A stretch of DNA of 64,000 nt from an uncultured delta proteobacterium. GTDB taxonomy: Bacteria; Myxococcota_A; Polyangia; Haliangiales; Haliangiaceae. How positions within the stretch are numbered: position 1 is the first letter of the stretch; each line of letters opens with the position of its first letter. The notes beneath the pieces are model-generated. The model was not told where the DNA came from. It did no database searches and worked only from the letters and a program-made list of their open reading frames with translations. This document shows positions 30,207 through 40,336 of this stretch, one piece after another. A program made the translations under genes and the position numbers. The stretch lies in contig CAWKDB010000010.1 in NCBI GenBank assembly GCA_963848295.1, positions 1,632,001-1,696,000 on the forward strand. Direction: 5' to 3'.

Positions 30207-31484
30207 ATGACGCGGACGAGCCTCTCGCTGATCGCACTGGCCGCGGTGGGTAGCGGCGACGCGCTCGCTACACCTGATGCCGACGTCGCGTACGCACGCT
30301 TGCTGTGCGCCGGACGTGCGCGGTGCAAGGTCGCTTCGGTGACGAAGGTCGACCCCGACGCAGGCCGAGCCCAGGTCGTCGTCACCGTGCTCACGAGCGA
30401 CCCTGATCCGGACGCGGCGTTCCCGGGCTGCACGCCCGCCGAGCACTGGCTCGTCACCGGCAGCGCCGACAAGCCGGCCCGCCGTCAGCTGCTCGCGAGC
30501 GGCTTCAGCGGCCAGTGCGCGTCGGTCGGTGACTCGGCGTCGATCTCGACCTCGACGTTCGACTACGAGGACATGTGCGGCGGCGGCCACGCCGATCACT
30601 ACACCCACGACAACTCGCTGACTCTCGCGCCGCTCGGCTTCGCCGCGGAGAACGGCTCCGATGCGATGCGGTTCCCCGACACGAACGTCGTCGACTCCAG
30701 ATGGAGCTGGCTCGACTTCGCGGGCAGCGGAAGCGCCGGCTACTTTCGCTGCGATGCCTCCGGCGACGCACTGCCGGACAACGCGCCCGCCGGGCCGACC
30801 GTAAAGTGGGTCACGGTGCCGGCGCTGCCGACGATCGTCCCCGGCGTGGTGCACCTCGGATCGTGCGCGACCTTCGTCGATGGCACGCGCAACGGATTCA
30901 CGATCCACGGCAAGCCCGGCGCGACCGCCGACGCGTCGTTCCGCGCGGTGATCGCCGGCCGCGAGCTGCTCGTCGAGGTCACCGACGACCACTGGGTCGG
31001 CCCAGGGAAGGACTGGACGTTCGACGACCACCTCGAGCTCTGGCTCGTCGACACCGCGTCGCCGCAGGTCCTCGATAAGTGCGAGGACCTCCACGCATCG
31101 GACGCCGAGCAGTGGGGGGTGCGCATCGCCGATGGCGCCGTGTTCTCGGCGTCGGGCCATCCGCGCGACAAGCTCTCGGTCCGACGCTCGCCGACGACCG
31201 CGAAAGACGGCGAGCCCGTGCTGCTCGCGATCACGCTCCCCGCTTGGTTCGACCCGAAGACGTCCGGCATCACGGTCGTGTACAGCGACTCCGACGACGG
31301 CGTGACGCAGAAGCGGTTGATCGCGACGAGCGAGCTCCAGTTCGCACAGCGCTGGACGATCGGCCACGTTCGCCGGATCGCGCCGCACGAGGCGAGCTGC
31401 ATCGTGAAAGACGGGCGACTGGAGCCCTCGCTCAATCACAAGTTCAAGCCCGACGACCCGCTCATCGGCGCACCCGACGACTGA
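30207..31484 (+). CDS. Hypothetical secreted protein, possible C-terminal DOMON/CBM9-like domain
   Basis: Signal peptide; LVEVTDD...DHLELW...VYSDSD. Confidence 0.65.
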   Translation: MTRTSLSLIALAAVGSGDALATPDADVAYARLLCAGRARCKVASVTKVDPDAGRAQVVVTVLTSDPDPDAAFPGCTPAEHWLVTGSADKPARRQLLASGFSGQCASVGDSASISTSTFDYEDMCGGGHADHYTHDNSLTLAPLGFAAENGSDAMRFPDTNVVDSRWSWLDFAGSGSAGYFRCDASGDALPDNAPAGPTVKWVTVPALPTIVPGVVHLGSCATFVDGTRNGFTIHGKPGATADASFRAVIAGRELLVEVTDDHWVGPGKDWTFDDHLELWLVDTASPQVLDKCEDLHASDAEQWGVRIADGAVFSASGHPRDKLSVRRSPTTAKDGEPVLLAITLPAWFDPKTSGITVVYSDSDDGVTQKRLIATSELQFAQRWTIGHVRRIAPHEASCIVKDGRLEPSLNHKFKPDDPLIGAPDD

Positions 31485-31504
31485 GTCGGTGCATCATGTC
31501 GGCC

Positions 31505-32326
31505 ATGTCCCACGAGCCGTCCTACGTCGAGGCCAATGGTCTGCGGTTCGCTTATCTCGAGGAAGGACGCGGCCCGCTCGTCCTGTTGCTCCATGGCTTT
31601 CCCGACACCGCGCACACGTGGGATCACGTTCGTCCGTTGATCGCCGCGAAGGGCTACCGCGCGGTGAGCCCGTGGACGCGCGGCTACGCGCCGACCGCGA
31701 TCCCCGAATGCGACGCCGACCTCGAGACGCTCGCGCGAGACGCGGTGGCGCTGATCGAGGCGCTCGGCGAGACCGAGGCGATCGTCATCGGTCACGACTG
31801 GGGCGGAGGCGCGGCCTACGCCGCGGCCTCGCTCGAACCCAAGCGCGTGAAGAAGCTGTTCGTCGTCGGCATTCCGCACACCGCGACCCTTCGGCCGTCG
31901 CCCCTGACGCTCTGGAAGGTGCGCCACTTCATCGCGTACAAGTGGAGAGGGGCGGCGCGGCGGTTCGCGCAGAATGACTTCGCGGCGCTGCCGCTGATCT
32001 ACAAGCGGTGGTCGCCCGCCTGGAGCCCGGATGCGAGCGAGCAGGCTGCGATCCGCGAGACGTTCGCGAATCCAGCGAGCCTCGACGCGGCGTTCGGCTA
32101 CTACCGACAGCTTCGCTTTCGCCCGCAGCCCTTCTTGCGAAAGCCGATCGAGGTGCCGACCGTCGTGTTCGCGGGACTCGATGACGTGATCGTCCATCCG
32201 GCCGACTATCACCGCGCCGAGCGGATGTTCTCGGCCGGCTACGTCGTGGAAGAAATGCGAGGCGGTCACTTCATGCACCGCGAGCATCCCGACCAGTTCG
32301 CAGAGAAGCTACTCAAGCACCTCTGA
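31505..32326 (+). CDS. Alpha/beta hydrolase (epoxide hydrolase-like)
   Basis: LLHGFP, GHDWGG, GHFMH. Confidence 0.92.
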   Translation: MSHEPSYVEANGLRFAYLEEGRGPLVLLLHGFPDTAHTWDHVRPLIAAKGYRAVSPWTRGYAPTAIPECDADLETLARDAVALIEALGETEAIVIGHDWGGGAAYAAASLEPKRVKKLFVVGIPHTATLRPSPLTLWKVRHFIAYKWRGAARRFAQNDFAALPLIYKRWSPAWSPDASEQAAIRETFANPASLDAAFGYYRQLRFRPQPFLRKPIEVPTVVFAGLDDVIVHPADYHRAERMFSAGYVVEEMRGGHFMHREHPDQFAEKLLKHL

Positions 32327-33059
32327 CGCCGGCGAGCGTGAACACGATGAGCAGAGTGCCGACGACGATCAGCCCCGCGTAGACGTACTTGAAGAACGAC
32401 GAGCCTTGCAGCCGGCGATTGAGATGCCGGCCGATGAAGATAGCCGGGACGATCGCGGGCAAGCAGATGAGGAAGTAGCGGATCACGCTCCACGTCACGA
32501 GCCCGTTCAGCGCGAAGCCGATCGCGCCGAGCAAGCTGGCCGGTAGGAAGTACGCCTGCAGCGTCGCGCGGAACTGCGGCGCGCTCCACCGGCGCAGATT
32601 GCCGTAGATCACGAGCGGCGGTCCGTTGATCCCGTACGCGCCGCCGAGCACGCCGGACAGGAAGCCGCACGCGAACAACCACAGTCGTCGGTCTTGCTCG
32701 AGATGAAACACGCGCTTGCTGAGCAACGCGTAACCGCTGTACGCGACGACGAGTCCGCCGAGCCCGAGCTTGACCGCATCCGAGTCGAGGCAGAGCAGGA
32801 TCACGAGGCCGAGCGGGATGCCGACGAGCGCGAACAGCACGAGCCACTTCGCGCTATGGAAATGGATCTGCTCGTGATCCTGGACGACCACGATCAGCGC
32901 GACGAGGATCGAGATCAGGACCCCGAGTGGAACCGCGATCTCGAGCGGGATGACGAGCGCGAGCAGCGGCACCGCGACGAGTGACTCGCCGAAACCGAAC
33001 GTCGACCTCGTCAGGGTCGCGAGGAAGCAGATGACGAGGACGGGAACGACCGGCATCAC
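32313..33059 (-). CDS. TauE/SafE family sulfite exporter
   Basis: TFGFG...VPLL; GVLGGAYGINGPP; FRATL. Confidence 0.9.
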   Translation of the reverse strand: MMPVVPVLVICFLATLTRSTFGFGESLVAVPLLALVIPLEIAVPLGVLISILVALIVVVQDHEQIHFHSAKWLVLFALVGIPLGLVILLCLDSDAVKLGLGGLVVAYSGYALLSKRVFHLEQDRRLWLFACGFLSGVLGGAYGINGPPLVIYGNLRRWSAPQFRATLQAYFLPASLLGAIGFALNGLVTWSVIRYFLICLPAIVPAIFIGRHLNRRLQGSSFFKYVYAGLIVVGTLLIVFTLAGVRGA

Positions 33060-34273
33060 GGATGCGACGCGACGATGCGCGCGTGCGCGAACGCGTCGCG
33101 CAGTGCCGCGAGTCCCCGATCGGTGATCTGCGTTGCGCCGACGCCGAGCGCGGTGATCGAGCGGAGGGTCGTCGAAGCGGCATGCGCGAGCGCGAACGCG
33201 GCGTCATCGTCGATCGGATTCGAGCCGAGCACGAGCGTCTGCAACGAGCCTAGCCGCGACGAACCCGCGAGTGCGGCGACGCCCGCGTTGCTGACCCTCG
33301 CGCCGAACAGGAACAGTCCGCGGAGCCCACTGCCCGGTGCGTTGGCGATCGCCCGGACGGTCGCGTCGCCCGCCGATGATTGCGGAGCCTGGAGCACCTG
33401 TAGTCGCGGCGCGGCCGCGATCACGCGTGCGAGCGTTTGATCGAAACCTTGCGAGCGCTTGGCGTTGAACCCGACGCTGAGATCCTCGAGCGCGGCGATC
33501 CACGGGGCGCCGGCGAGTGCGGCTGGGCCGTCTGCACCGCACTTGTTCGACGCGAGGTCGAGCCTGCGCAGCGCGGGGAACCTCGCCGAGGCGAGCGCCG
33601 CGATGCCCTCGTCGCCGAGGTCGTTCTCGTCGAGTAGCAACGTGTGGAGCGCGCCCGACGGCGCGGATGCCAGCGCGCGCCCGGTGTCCGGCTCGAGGCG
33701 ATTGGCGCGGAGATCGAGCTCCTCGATCAGGTCGAGCGACGGCGAAGGAAACCCCGCCGGTAACGGCAGCCCGGTAAACCACGACGCGTTCTCGGCGAGA
33801 TCTGACTTCGACGCGATCTCGAGCCGCAGCTTGCGGATCGGCGCGCGCGCCATCGCGAGCTCGAAAGCTTCGGCATAGCGCTGCGCCGGGAGGTGAAGCG
33901 ACTCTACGAAGCCTCGGACGAACTGCCCCTCGAGGATCCCGACGTACGTCACGTTCCCGCGCTGCTCGTAGTTCCGCACCAGCCCGAGCTCGCCGAGCCA
34001 GGCGCTGACGTGGAGCTCCCAGCTCGTGCGGATCTTCTTGTCGAGCTCCTGCCGCTCCGGCGTCCCGCGTGATCGCTCGATGGCGCTCATCGCATCGGGG
34101 AGCTCCCAGCGCGCTGGGCCCGCCAGCCGGATCCGCTCGAGCTGGCATTGCATGGTGATGAAGCTCGCTCGGGCGTCGTCGCCGCCGGCGCGGTATCGCT
34201 CGGCGATCGCCGCCCGCAATGCGTCGTCCGCAGGTGCTGCGCGGAGCGCCGCCACCTCGTCTGGCGTGATCAT
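33056..34273 (-). CDS. TIGR02996-like domain + RNI-type leucine-rich repeat protein
   Basis: PADDALR...GDDARASFI; FVRGFV; LDLxxNxLGDEG repeats. Confidence 0.8.
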   Translation of the reverse strand: MITPDEVAALRAAPADDALRAAIAERYRAGGDDARASFITMQCQLERIRLAGPARWELPDAMSAIERSRGTPERQELDKKIRTSWELHVSAWLGELGLVRNYEQRGNVTYVGILEGQFVRGFVESLHLPAQRYAEAFELAMARAPIRKLRLEIASKSDLAENASWFTGLPLPAGFPSPSLDLIEELDLRANRLEPDTGRALASAPSGALHTLLLDENDLGDEGIAALASARFPALRRLDLASNKCGADGPAALAGAPWIAALEDLSVGFNAKRSQGFDQTLARVIAAAPRLQVLQAPQSSAGDATVRAIANAPGSGLRGLFLFGARVSNAGVAALAGSSRLGSLQTLVLGSNPIDDDAAFALAHAASTTLRSITALGVGATQITDRGLAALRDAFAHARIVASHP

Positions 34274-34401
34274 GGCGCGCACTATCGCACCTCGAACACG
34301 CAGCACGGTGAGCGCGCCATCCGATCAACACATCGAGCTCGTCGCCAATTCAAGGCTCGAGAACAGGCAACCGGCCGCGCGCCAAGACACCCTAATACGC
34401 G

Positions 34402-36708
34402 ATGCGTACCCACCCGGTCATCCTGCTCGTGGCGCCGATCGTCGGCTGCACCTCGCCGCCACCGCCGATCAGCGCTCCGGCTCCGGCGCGAATCACCGTG
34501 CCACCCGCGCGCCACACCGTCGCGTCGACGACCCGAGCAGAGCTCGAGGCTGCGTTCAGCTTCGAAGGCTCGCCGCCCGGCAGCCCGCCTCGGCACTGGA
34601 CGACCCGGCCCGACGGAACGGGCGTCATCGACGACTCGATCGTCCACGGGGGACACGGCGCGATCCGGTTAGAGCGGACCGCCACGACGCCGGCGGCGTT
34701 CTCGACGATCATCGACCACATTCCGATCGACTTCTCCGGATCGAGCGTCGAGCTACGCGGGTTCATCCGGACCGAGAACGTCGACGGAGACACCGGCCTG
34801 TGGTTGCGCGAGGACGGCGCGAATAGCGTGGTGCAGTTCACCAACATGCAGGACATGAAGCTGCATGGCACGACCGGGTGGACCGAGTACTCGGTCCAGC
34901 TACCGCTGGACACCGAGGCGACGCAGCTGGTCTGGGGCGTCCTCTTGCACGGCCAGGGCAAGGCATGGGCCGACGACCTCCAGCTGCTCGTCGACGGCAA
35001 GCCGATCTGGGACGCTCCGTATGTCGAGAAAGTCGCGCCCGGGCCCATCCACGGCTCCGGCATTTCGGTCGCTCGTCTGTCGCCCGTGCAGATCGCGAAC
35101 CTGGTCGCGCTCGGCAGGGTATGGGGCTTTCTCAAGTACCACCACCCGAAGATCACGGCCGGCCTGGTGCAATGGGACGACGAGTTACTCCGCGTGCTGC
35201 CGTCGATCCTCGCCGCGAGCGATCGCGCGGCTGGCGATGCGTCGCTGCTGCGCTGGATCGATGACCTGGGTCCGGTCCCGCCGTGCCGGTCGTGCGTGAC
35301 GCTGGACGAGCACGACCTCGCGCTCCGTCCGGATCTCGCTTGGCTCGACGATCGCGCGGCGATCGGAGCGGAGCTGAGCGCGCGCCTTCACGCGATCTAC
35401 GACGCCCGGGTTCCGAATCAACAGTTCTACGTCGCGCTCGCGCCAGGGGTCGGCAACCCGGAGCTCAAACACGAGCCGGCGTACGCCGCTGTAAAGCTCC
35501 CCGATGCCGGCTATCAGCTGCTCGCGCTGTTCCGGCTATGGAACATCGTCGAGTACTGGGCTCCGGACCGGACGCTCGCCGACCGTTGGCAAGCTCAGCT
35601 CGCGCAGCTCGTGCCGACCGTGATGCTCGCGGCGACGGCGAAGGACTATCAGCTCGCGATGATGGAGGCGATCGCCCGATTGCGCGACAGTCACGCCAAC
35701 CTGTGGAGCTCGCTCGACGTGCGCCCACCGGAGGGGCCGTGCGAGCTCGCGATCGATCTTCGATTCGTCGGCAGGCAACCGGTCGTCGCGACCGCCGATC
35801 CGGATCGGAAGCTCGAACCCGGCGACGTGATCACGAGCGTCGATGGCGCGCCGATCGATGACCTCGTTGCGCGGTGGCTGCCGTACTACGCCGGGTCGAA
35901 CGAGGCGTCGCAGCTCCGCGACGTCGCGCTATCGATGACGCGCGGCCCATGCGGTCCAGTCGCGATCGGCGTGGACCGGCGCGGCTCGGCGCTGCTGCGG
36001 ACTCTCCACCGAGCCACACCCGCGGCACGCAAGGCGATGGTACACGACCTCGCCGGGCCGGCGTTCCGGTTGCTGTCGCCGGACATCGCGTACCTGAAGT
36101 TGTCCTCGGTCGACGCGAGCGCCGTCGCGCACTACGTCGAACAGGCGGCCGGCACGAAGGGCTGGATCATCGACATCCGGAACTATCCCGCCGAGTTCGT
36201 CGTGTTCGCACTCGGGTCGCTGCTGGTCGACAAGACGACGCCGTTCGCCCGGTTCACGACCGGCGACCTGTCCAACCCCGGGGCGTTCCACTGGACCGAC
36301 AACGAGTCGCTCGACCCGAGCACGCCGCACTACGCTGGCAAGGTCGTCGTCCTGGTGGACGAGCTGTCTCAAAGCCAGGCCGAGTACACCGCGATGGCGC
36401 TGCGGGCGTCGCCACGTACCGTGATCGTCGGCTCGACCACCGCCGGCGCGGATGGCAACGTCTCGCCGTTCTCGCTGCCCGGCGGACTGAGCACGATGAT
36501 CAGTGGCATCGGCGTGTTCTATCCCGACAGGACTCCGACCCAACGCGTCGGGATCGTGCCCGACGTCGTGGTGACGCCGACGATCGCGGGATTGCGAGCC
36601 GGTCGAGACGAAGTCCTCGAAGCCGCGATCCGCGAGGTCCTCGGCAAGGCCGCGCCGGCCGCAGAGATCGAACGGATCTCGAAGGCGGCTCGGAGCGGGC
36701 CGAAGTAA
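34402..36708 (+). CDS. Peptidase S41 family lipoprotein with N-terminal carbohydrate-binding-like domain and PDZ
   Basis: VWGFLKYHHP; IIDIRNYP; SQSQAEY; TAGADGN; TQRVGIVPD. Confidence 0.92.
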   Translation: MRTHPVILLVAPIVGCTSPPPPISAPAPARITVPPARHTVASTTRAELEAAFSFEGSPPGSPPRHWTTRPDGTGVIDDSIVHGGHGAIRLERTATTPAAFSTIIDHIPIDFSGSSVELRGFIRTENVDGDTGLWLREDGANSVVQFTNMQDMKLHGTTGWTEYSVQLPLDTEATQLVWGVLLHGQGKAWADDLQLLVDGKPIWDAPYVEKVAPGPIHGSGISVARLSPVQIANLVALGRVWGFLKYHHPKITAGLVQWDDELLRVLPSILAASDRAAGDASLLRWIDDLGPVPPCRSCVTLDEHDLALRPDLAWLDDRAAIGAELSARLHAIYDARVPNQQFYVALAPGVGNPELKHEPAYAAVKLPDAGYQLLALFRLWNIVEYWAPDRTLADRWQAQLAQLVPTVMLAATAKDYQLAMMEAIARLRDSHANLWSSLDVRPPEGPCELAIDLRFVGRQPVVATADPDRKLEPGDVITSVDGAPIDDLVARWLPYYAGSNEASQLRDVALSMTRGPCGPVAIGVDRRGSALLRTLHRATPAARKAMVHDLAGPAFRLLSPDIAYLKLSSVDASAVAHYVEQAAGTKGWIIDIRNYPAEFVVFALGSLLVDKTTPFARFTTGDLSNPGAFHWTDNESLDPSTPHYAGKVVVLVDELSQSQAEYTAMALRASPRTVIVGSTTAGADGNVSPFSLPGGLSTMISGIGVFYPDRTPTQRVGIVPDVVVTPTIAGLRAGRDEVLEAAIREVLGKAAPAAEIERISKAARSGPK

Positions 36709-36720
36709 CGCGCACGCGCG

Positions 36721-37514
36721 CTACGGGCACGAATACATCGCGGCGACGGGGAGATCGATCGGCGTCGGCGTCGGCGTGCCATCGCCGAGCTCGCCGTACG
36801 TGTCATCGCCCCAGCACCGGATCGCGTCGCCGGCCAAGACCACACACGCATGAGCGTTGCCTACGACGAGCGCCGATGCCGTAGACGGCAGCGGCACTTC
36901 GATCGGCGATGGCGACATCGCGGGCGTCAACGCACCGATACCGAGCTCGCCGGTCGTGTTGTCACCCCAGCACCACACGGTGCCGTCGCTCTTGCGCGCA
37001 CACGAGTCTCGATCGCCGAGCCCGATCTCGACCGCGCCGGCAAACGCTACGCCGTCGAGCGCGACGACGACCTCGGTCGGCGTCGGCACCTGCATGGCGC
37101 CGAGGTTGCCGTCGCCGAGCTGCCCGAGCTCGTCGTCGCCGAAACAGAACACGGTTCCGTCGCTCAGCCGGGCGCACGTGTGGATGTCCGACGATGACGA
37201 CTGGACGACATTGGCCAGCGGCACGGCGTCCGGATACGGCTGGTTGTTCGTCGAGCCATCGCCGAGCTGGCCATTCGTATTCGAGCCCCAGCAGCGGAAG
37301 TTATCACCGTGCCGTCGCCGAGCTGCCCGAAGCCGTTCGCGCCCCAAGACCAGATCGTGCCATCGCCGCGCAACACGCACGTATCGGCGCCGCCCGCCGA
37401 GATCTGAGCGATGCACGCGGAGCTCGTCGCATCGCCCGCGTCGATGTGGTGATCGAATCCGGCTCGCCCGCACCCCGCCATCCAGCCCATGCAAAGCAGC
37501 CAACGGCGCACCAT
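36721..37514 (-). pseudogene. RCC1-repeat lipoprotein broken by an out-of-frame junction near 37308
   Basis: MAGC lipobox and WGANGFGQLGDGT in one frame; CWGSNTNGQLGDG repeats continue in another. Confidence 0.8.
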
Positions 37515-37560
37515 CCCGACTCTACACGTACGCGGGTCGGAGCCTAGAATTCGGACACGA

Positions 37561-37647
37561 GCTTCAATGGCCCCGTCGACGAACGTCGACGGAACGGGCT
37601 GCGTCTTGTGAGACACGACCGGATGCGAAGCTTCAATGGTGCCGTCG
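37561..37647 (-). CRISPR. Orphan CRISPR-like mini-array (one full repeat, 34-nt spacer, one partial repeat)
   Basis: Minus-strand repeat GTTCCGTCGACGTTCGTCGACGGGGCCATTGAAGC (37561-95) with hairpin and ATTGAAGC end; second copy from 37630 matches 16/18 nt; no cas genes in window. Confidence 0.65.
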
Positions 37648-37688
37648 GTGTTCGTTCATCCGCCTCCGCCCATGCGCGCCGGCAGCGC

Positions 37689-40253
37689 ATGTCAGACCTC
37701 CGTGCCAGCGTCGCGGCCGTGGAGACTTCGATCGCGTCGATCCCTTCGCGCCCCTTCGCGGCCACGACCGTGGTCGCCGACGAGGCGTTCGCGGTGCTCG
37801 CCGACCTCGCGTCGAGGCGGCGAGAGACCGAGCCGATCGCGGCGATGCTCGCTGCCCGCGCGCTGCGCGTGACGGCCGGCGCGGACTTCGCGGTCGCGCG
37901 CGATGCGCTCGAGGCGTTGATGAGGCGGGCGGAGTCGGCGCGCGACGTCGAGCTACGGCCGGCGCGCGGCGGGTATCGCGCGGCGCCGAGTGCGGGGCGG
38001 CGCGGCAGCTACGACGTGTGGCTCGCGAGCGATCGCGAGCTCGAGGGCAGTTGTAGCTGTCCTGATTTCGGCAAGGCGTCACTCGGGTTGTGCAAGCACT
38101 TGCTCTCCGCGCTGGCGCTGCCGCGGCGGCGCACGTCGCCGCGCGCGTTGCGCTGGGATCCGGTGCGCCCGCTCACCGGGCCCGGCGATCGGCTGGAACG
38201 GCTGTGGCTGAACGCCGGCGCGCGCGTGTCGCCCGCGATCGCGATGCTGTTCCAGGCCGCGCCGGCGGGGCGGCCGATCGAGCCGGGCGCGGTCTCCGGC
38301 GCCGCGCGGCTCACCACGATCGAAGCGCTGCTCGCGGCGTGCCGTCGCGATCCGCAGCTCGCGGAGCCGGCGATCGCACCGCTGCTCGAGGACGAGCTGG
38401 CGGCGTCGCGTCGGCGGCTCGGTTCGGTCGGGTCGCACAGCCGGCTCGCCGGGCGCGAGCTCGACCGCGCGTTGCGCGGGCTGAAGCGGAAGCTGTTCCC
38501 GTATCAACGCGAAGGCGTCGCGAGGTTCCTCGGGGCCGGCCGACTGCTGCTCGCGGACGACATGGGGCTCGGCAAGACGGCGCAGGCGATCGCGTCCTGC
38601 CACGCGTTGCTCGCGAGCGGCCGGATCGAACGCGCGATGGTGGTCGCCCCGGCGTCGCTCAAGCCGCAGTGGGCGCGCGAGTGGCGCGCGTTCACCGACG
38701 TCGAGTTCGTGACCGTCGAGGGGCCGCCGAACGAGCGCGAGCGGATGTATCGCCGTCGCGGCGGCGGGATCTTGCTCGTCAACTACGAGCAGCTGCTGCG
38801 CGACCTACCGCATGTCCAGGCCTTCGCGCCGGAGCTCGTGATCCTCGACGAGGCGCAGCGGATCAAGAACTGGGAGACGCGCACCGCCGGCGTCGTGAAG
38901 CGGCTGCAACCGGAGTGGCGCTTGGTGTTGACCGGGACGCCGATGGAGAACCGGCTCGACGAGCTGTCGTCGATCATGGAGTGGGTCGACGAGCACGCGC
39001 TCGAACCGCGCTGGCGGCTGTCGAGCTGGCACGCGATCCGCGCCGACGGCTCGAAGGAGATCATCGGTGCGCGCAACCTCGATACGTTGCGCGCGCGGCT
39101 CGCGCCGGCGATGTTGCGTCGCATCCGCGGCGACGTGCTCGCGCAGCTCCCGCCGCGCCGCGACACGCGGATCCCGGTCGCGCTGACCCCGCTGCAGCAA
39201 GACGCGCACGACGAGCTCAACCTACCGATCGCGAGGCTCGCCGGCATCGCGAAGCGAAGGCCGCTGGCCCGGCCGGAGTTCCTGAAGTTGATGACGCTGC
39301 TCGCACAGCAGCGGATGACCTGCAACGCGCTCGCGCTGCGCGACTTCATCGCGACATGGCCGATGTTCGCGCGGAGTCGAAAGCGCACGAGCTCGCTGAT
39401 CGAGGCGCTCGGTAGCCCCAAGCTCGAGGATCTGAGAGAGCGGCTCGTCGAGCTCGTCGTCGACCAGGGCCGCAAGGTCGTGGTGTTCAGCCAGTGGCGG
39501 CGCATGCTCCAGCTCGCCGACTGGACCTGCGGCGACGTGCTGGAGCGCCGCGGCCTGCGCGCCGTGTTCTTCACCGGCCAGGAGTCACCGCGCCGCCGCG
39601 ACGAGAACCTGGTCGCATTTCACGACGACCCGGCGGTGCGCGTGCTGTTCGCGACCGACGCCGGCGGCGTGGGGCTGAACCTCCAGCGCGCGGCGAGCTG
39701 CTGCATCAACCTCGAGCTGCCGTGGAACCCCGCGGTGCTCGAGCAGCGCGTCGGCCGGATCTTCCGGCTCGGCCAGGATCAGCCGGTCGAGGTCTACAAC
39801 TACATCGCATCGGGCGGCATCGAGGAGCGCATCGCGCACTTGGTCGGGGACAAGCGCGCGCTGTTCACCGGGCTGTTCGACGGCACGAGTGACGAGGTGC
39901 CGTTCGACTCGTCGGGATCATTCCTGTCCCGCGTCCACGAGGTCTTGCGTCCCGAGCTCGCCGACGGCGAAGACCCCGACGTCGAGAGGGTCGACGATGC
40001 TAGCGGCGCCGAGCCTGACGAGCTCGAGCCCGAGCCCACACCGCCCACCAACGCCCGTGCGTCGCTCGACCCGGCGGCCATCGCCGAGCTCGCCCGGACG
40101 GCATCGCAGCTCGAAGCGCGAACCACCGGAGACGGCCGGATCGTATTCGAGCTGCCCGCGCCGGCGGCTGGTGCGTTGAGTGGCTTGCTTCGCGCGCTGG
40201 CGGCGGCGCTCGACGCGCCTTCGCCTGCCCCCGGGACTGTTCTAGAGCGTTGA
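37689..40253 (+). CDS. SWIM zinc finger + SNF2-family helicase
   Basis: CSCPD...LCKH; YQREG, DDMGLGKT, DEAQRIKN, LTGTPMEN, GLNLQ, QRVGRIFR. Confidence 0.93.
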   Translation: MSDLRASVAAVETSIASIPSRPFAATTVVADEAFAVLADLASRRRETEPIAAMLAARALRVTAGADFAVARDALEALMRRAESARDVELRPARGGYRAAPSAGRRGSYDVWLASDRELEGSCSCPDFGKASLGLCKHLLSALALPRRRTSPRALRWDPVRPLTGPGDRLERLWLNAGARVSPAIAMLFQAAPAGRPIEPGAVSGAARLTTIEALLAACRRDPQLAEPAIAPLLEDELAASRRRLGSVGSHSRLAGRELDRALRGLKRKLFPYQREGVARFLGAGRLLLADDMGLGKTAQAIASCHALLASGRIERAMVVAPASLKPQWAREWRAFTDVEFVTVEGPPNERERMYRRRGGGILLVNYEQLLRDLPHVQAFAPELVILDEAQRIKNWETRTAGVVKRLQPEWRLVLTGTPMENRLDELSSIMEWVDEHALEPRWRLSSWHAIRADGSKEIIGARNLDTLRARLAPAMLRRIRGDVLAQLPPRRDTRIPVALTPLQQDAHDELNLPIARLAGIAKRRPLARPEFLKLMTLLAQQRMTCNALALRDFIATWPMFARSRKRTSSLIEALGSPKLEDLRERLVELVVDQGRKVVVFSQWRRMLQLADWTCGDVLERRGLRAVFFTGQESPRRRDENLVAFHDDPAVRVLFATDAGGVGLNLQRAASCCINLELPWNPAVLEQRVGRIFRLGQDQPVEVYNYIASGGIEERIAHLVGDKRALFTGLFDGTSDEVPFDSSGSFLSRVHEVLRPELADGEDPDVERVDDASGAEPDELEPEPTPPTNARASLDPAAIAELARTASQLEARTTGDGRIVFELPAPAAGALSGLLRALAAALDAPSPAPGTVLER

Positions 40254-40336
40254 CGGCCACGACGAGGCTCGGAGTTTCGGCCGTGCAGACGCGGCTCCCC
40301 CGACTCGGGTCGCGTTTCGTCCTGTAACCTGAGCGC

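Noticed and set aside
37601..37608. GCGTCTTG in the spacer also occurs at 52941 beside the att site
   Set aside because: Only 8 bp, which is expected by chance in 64 kb.
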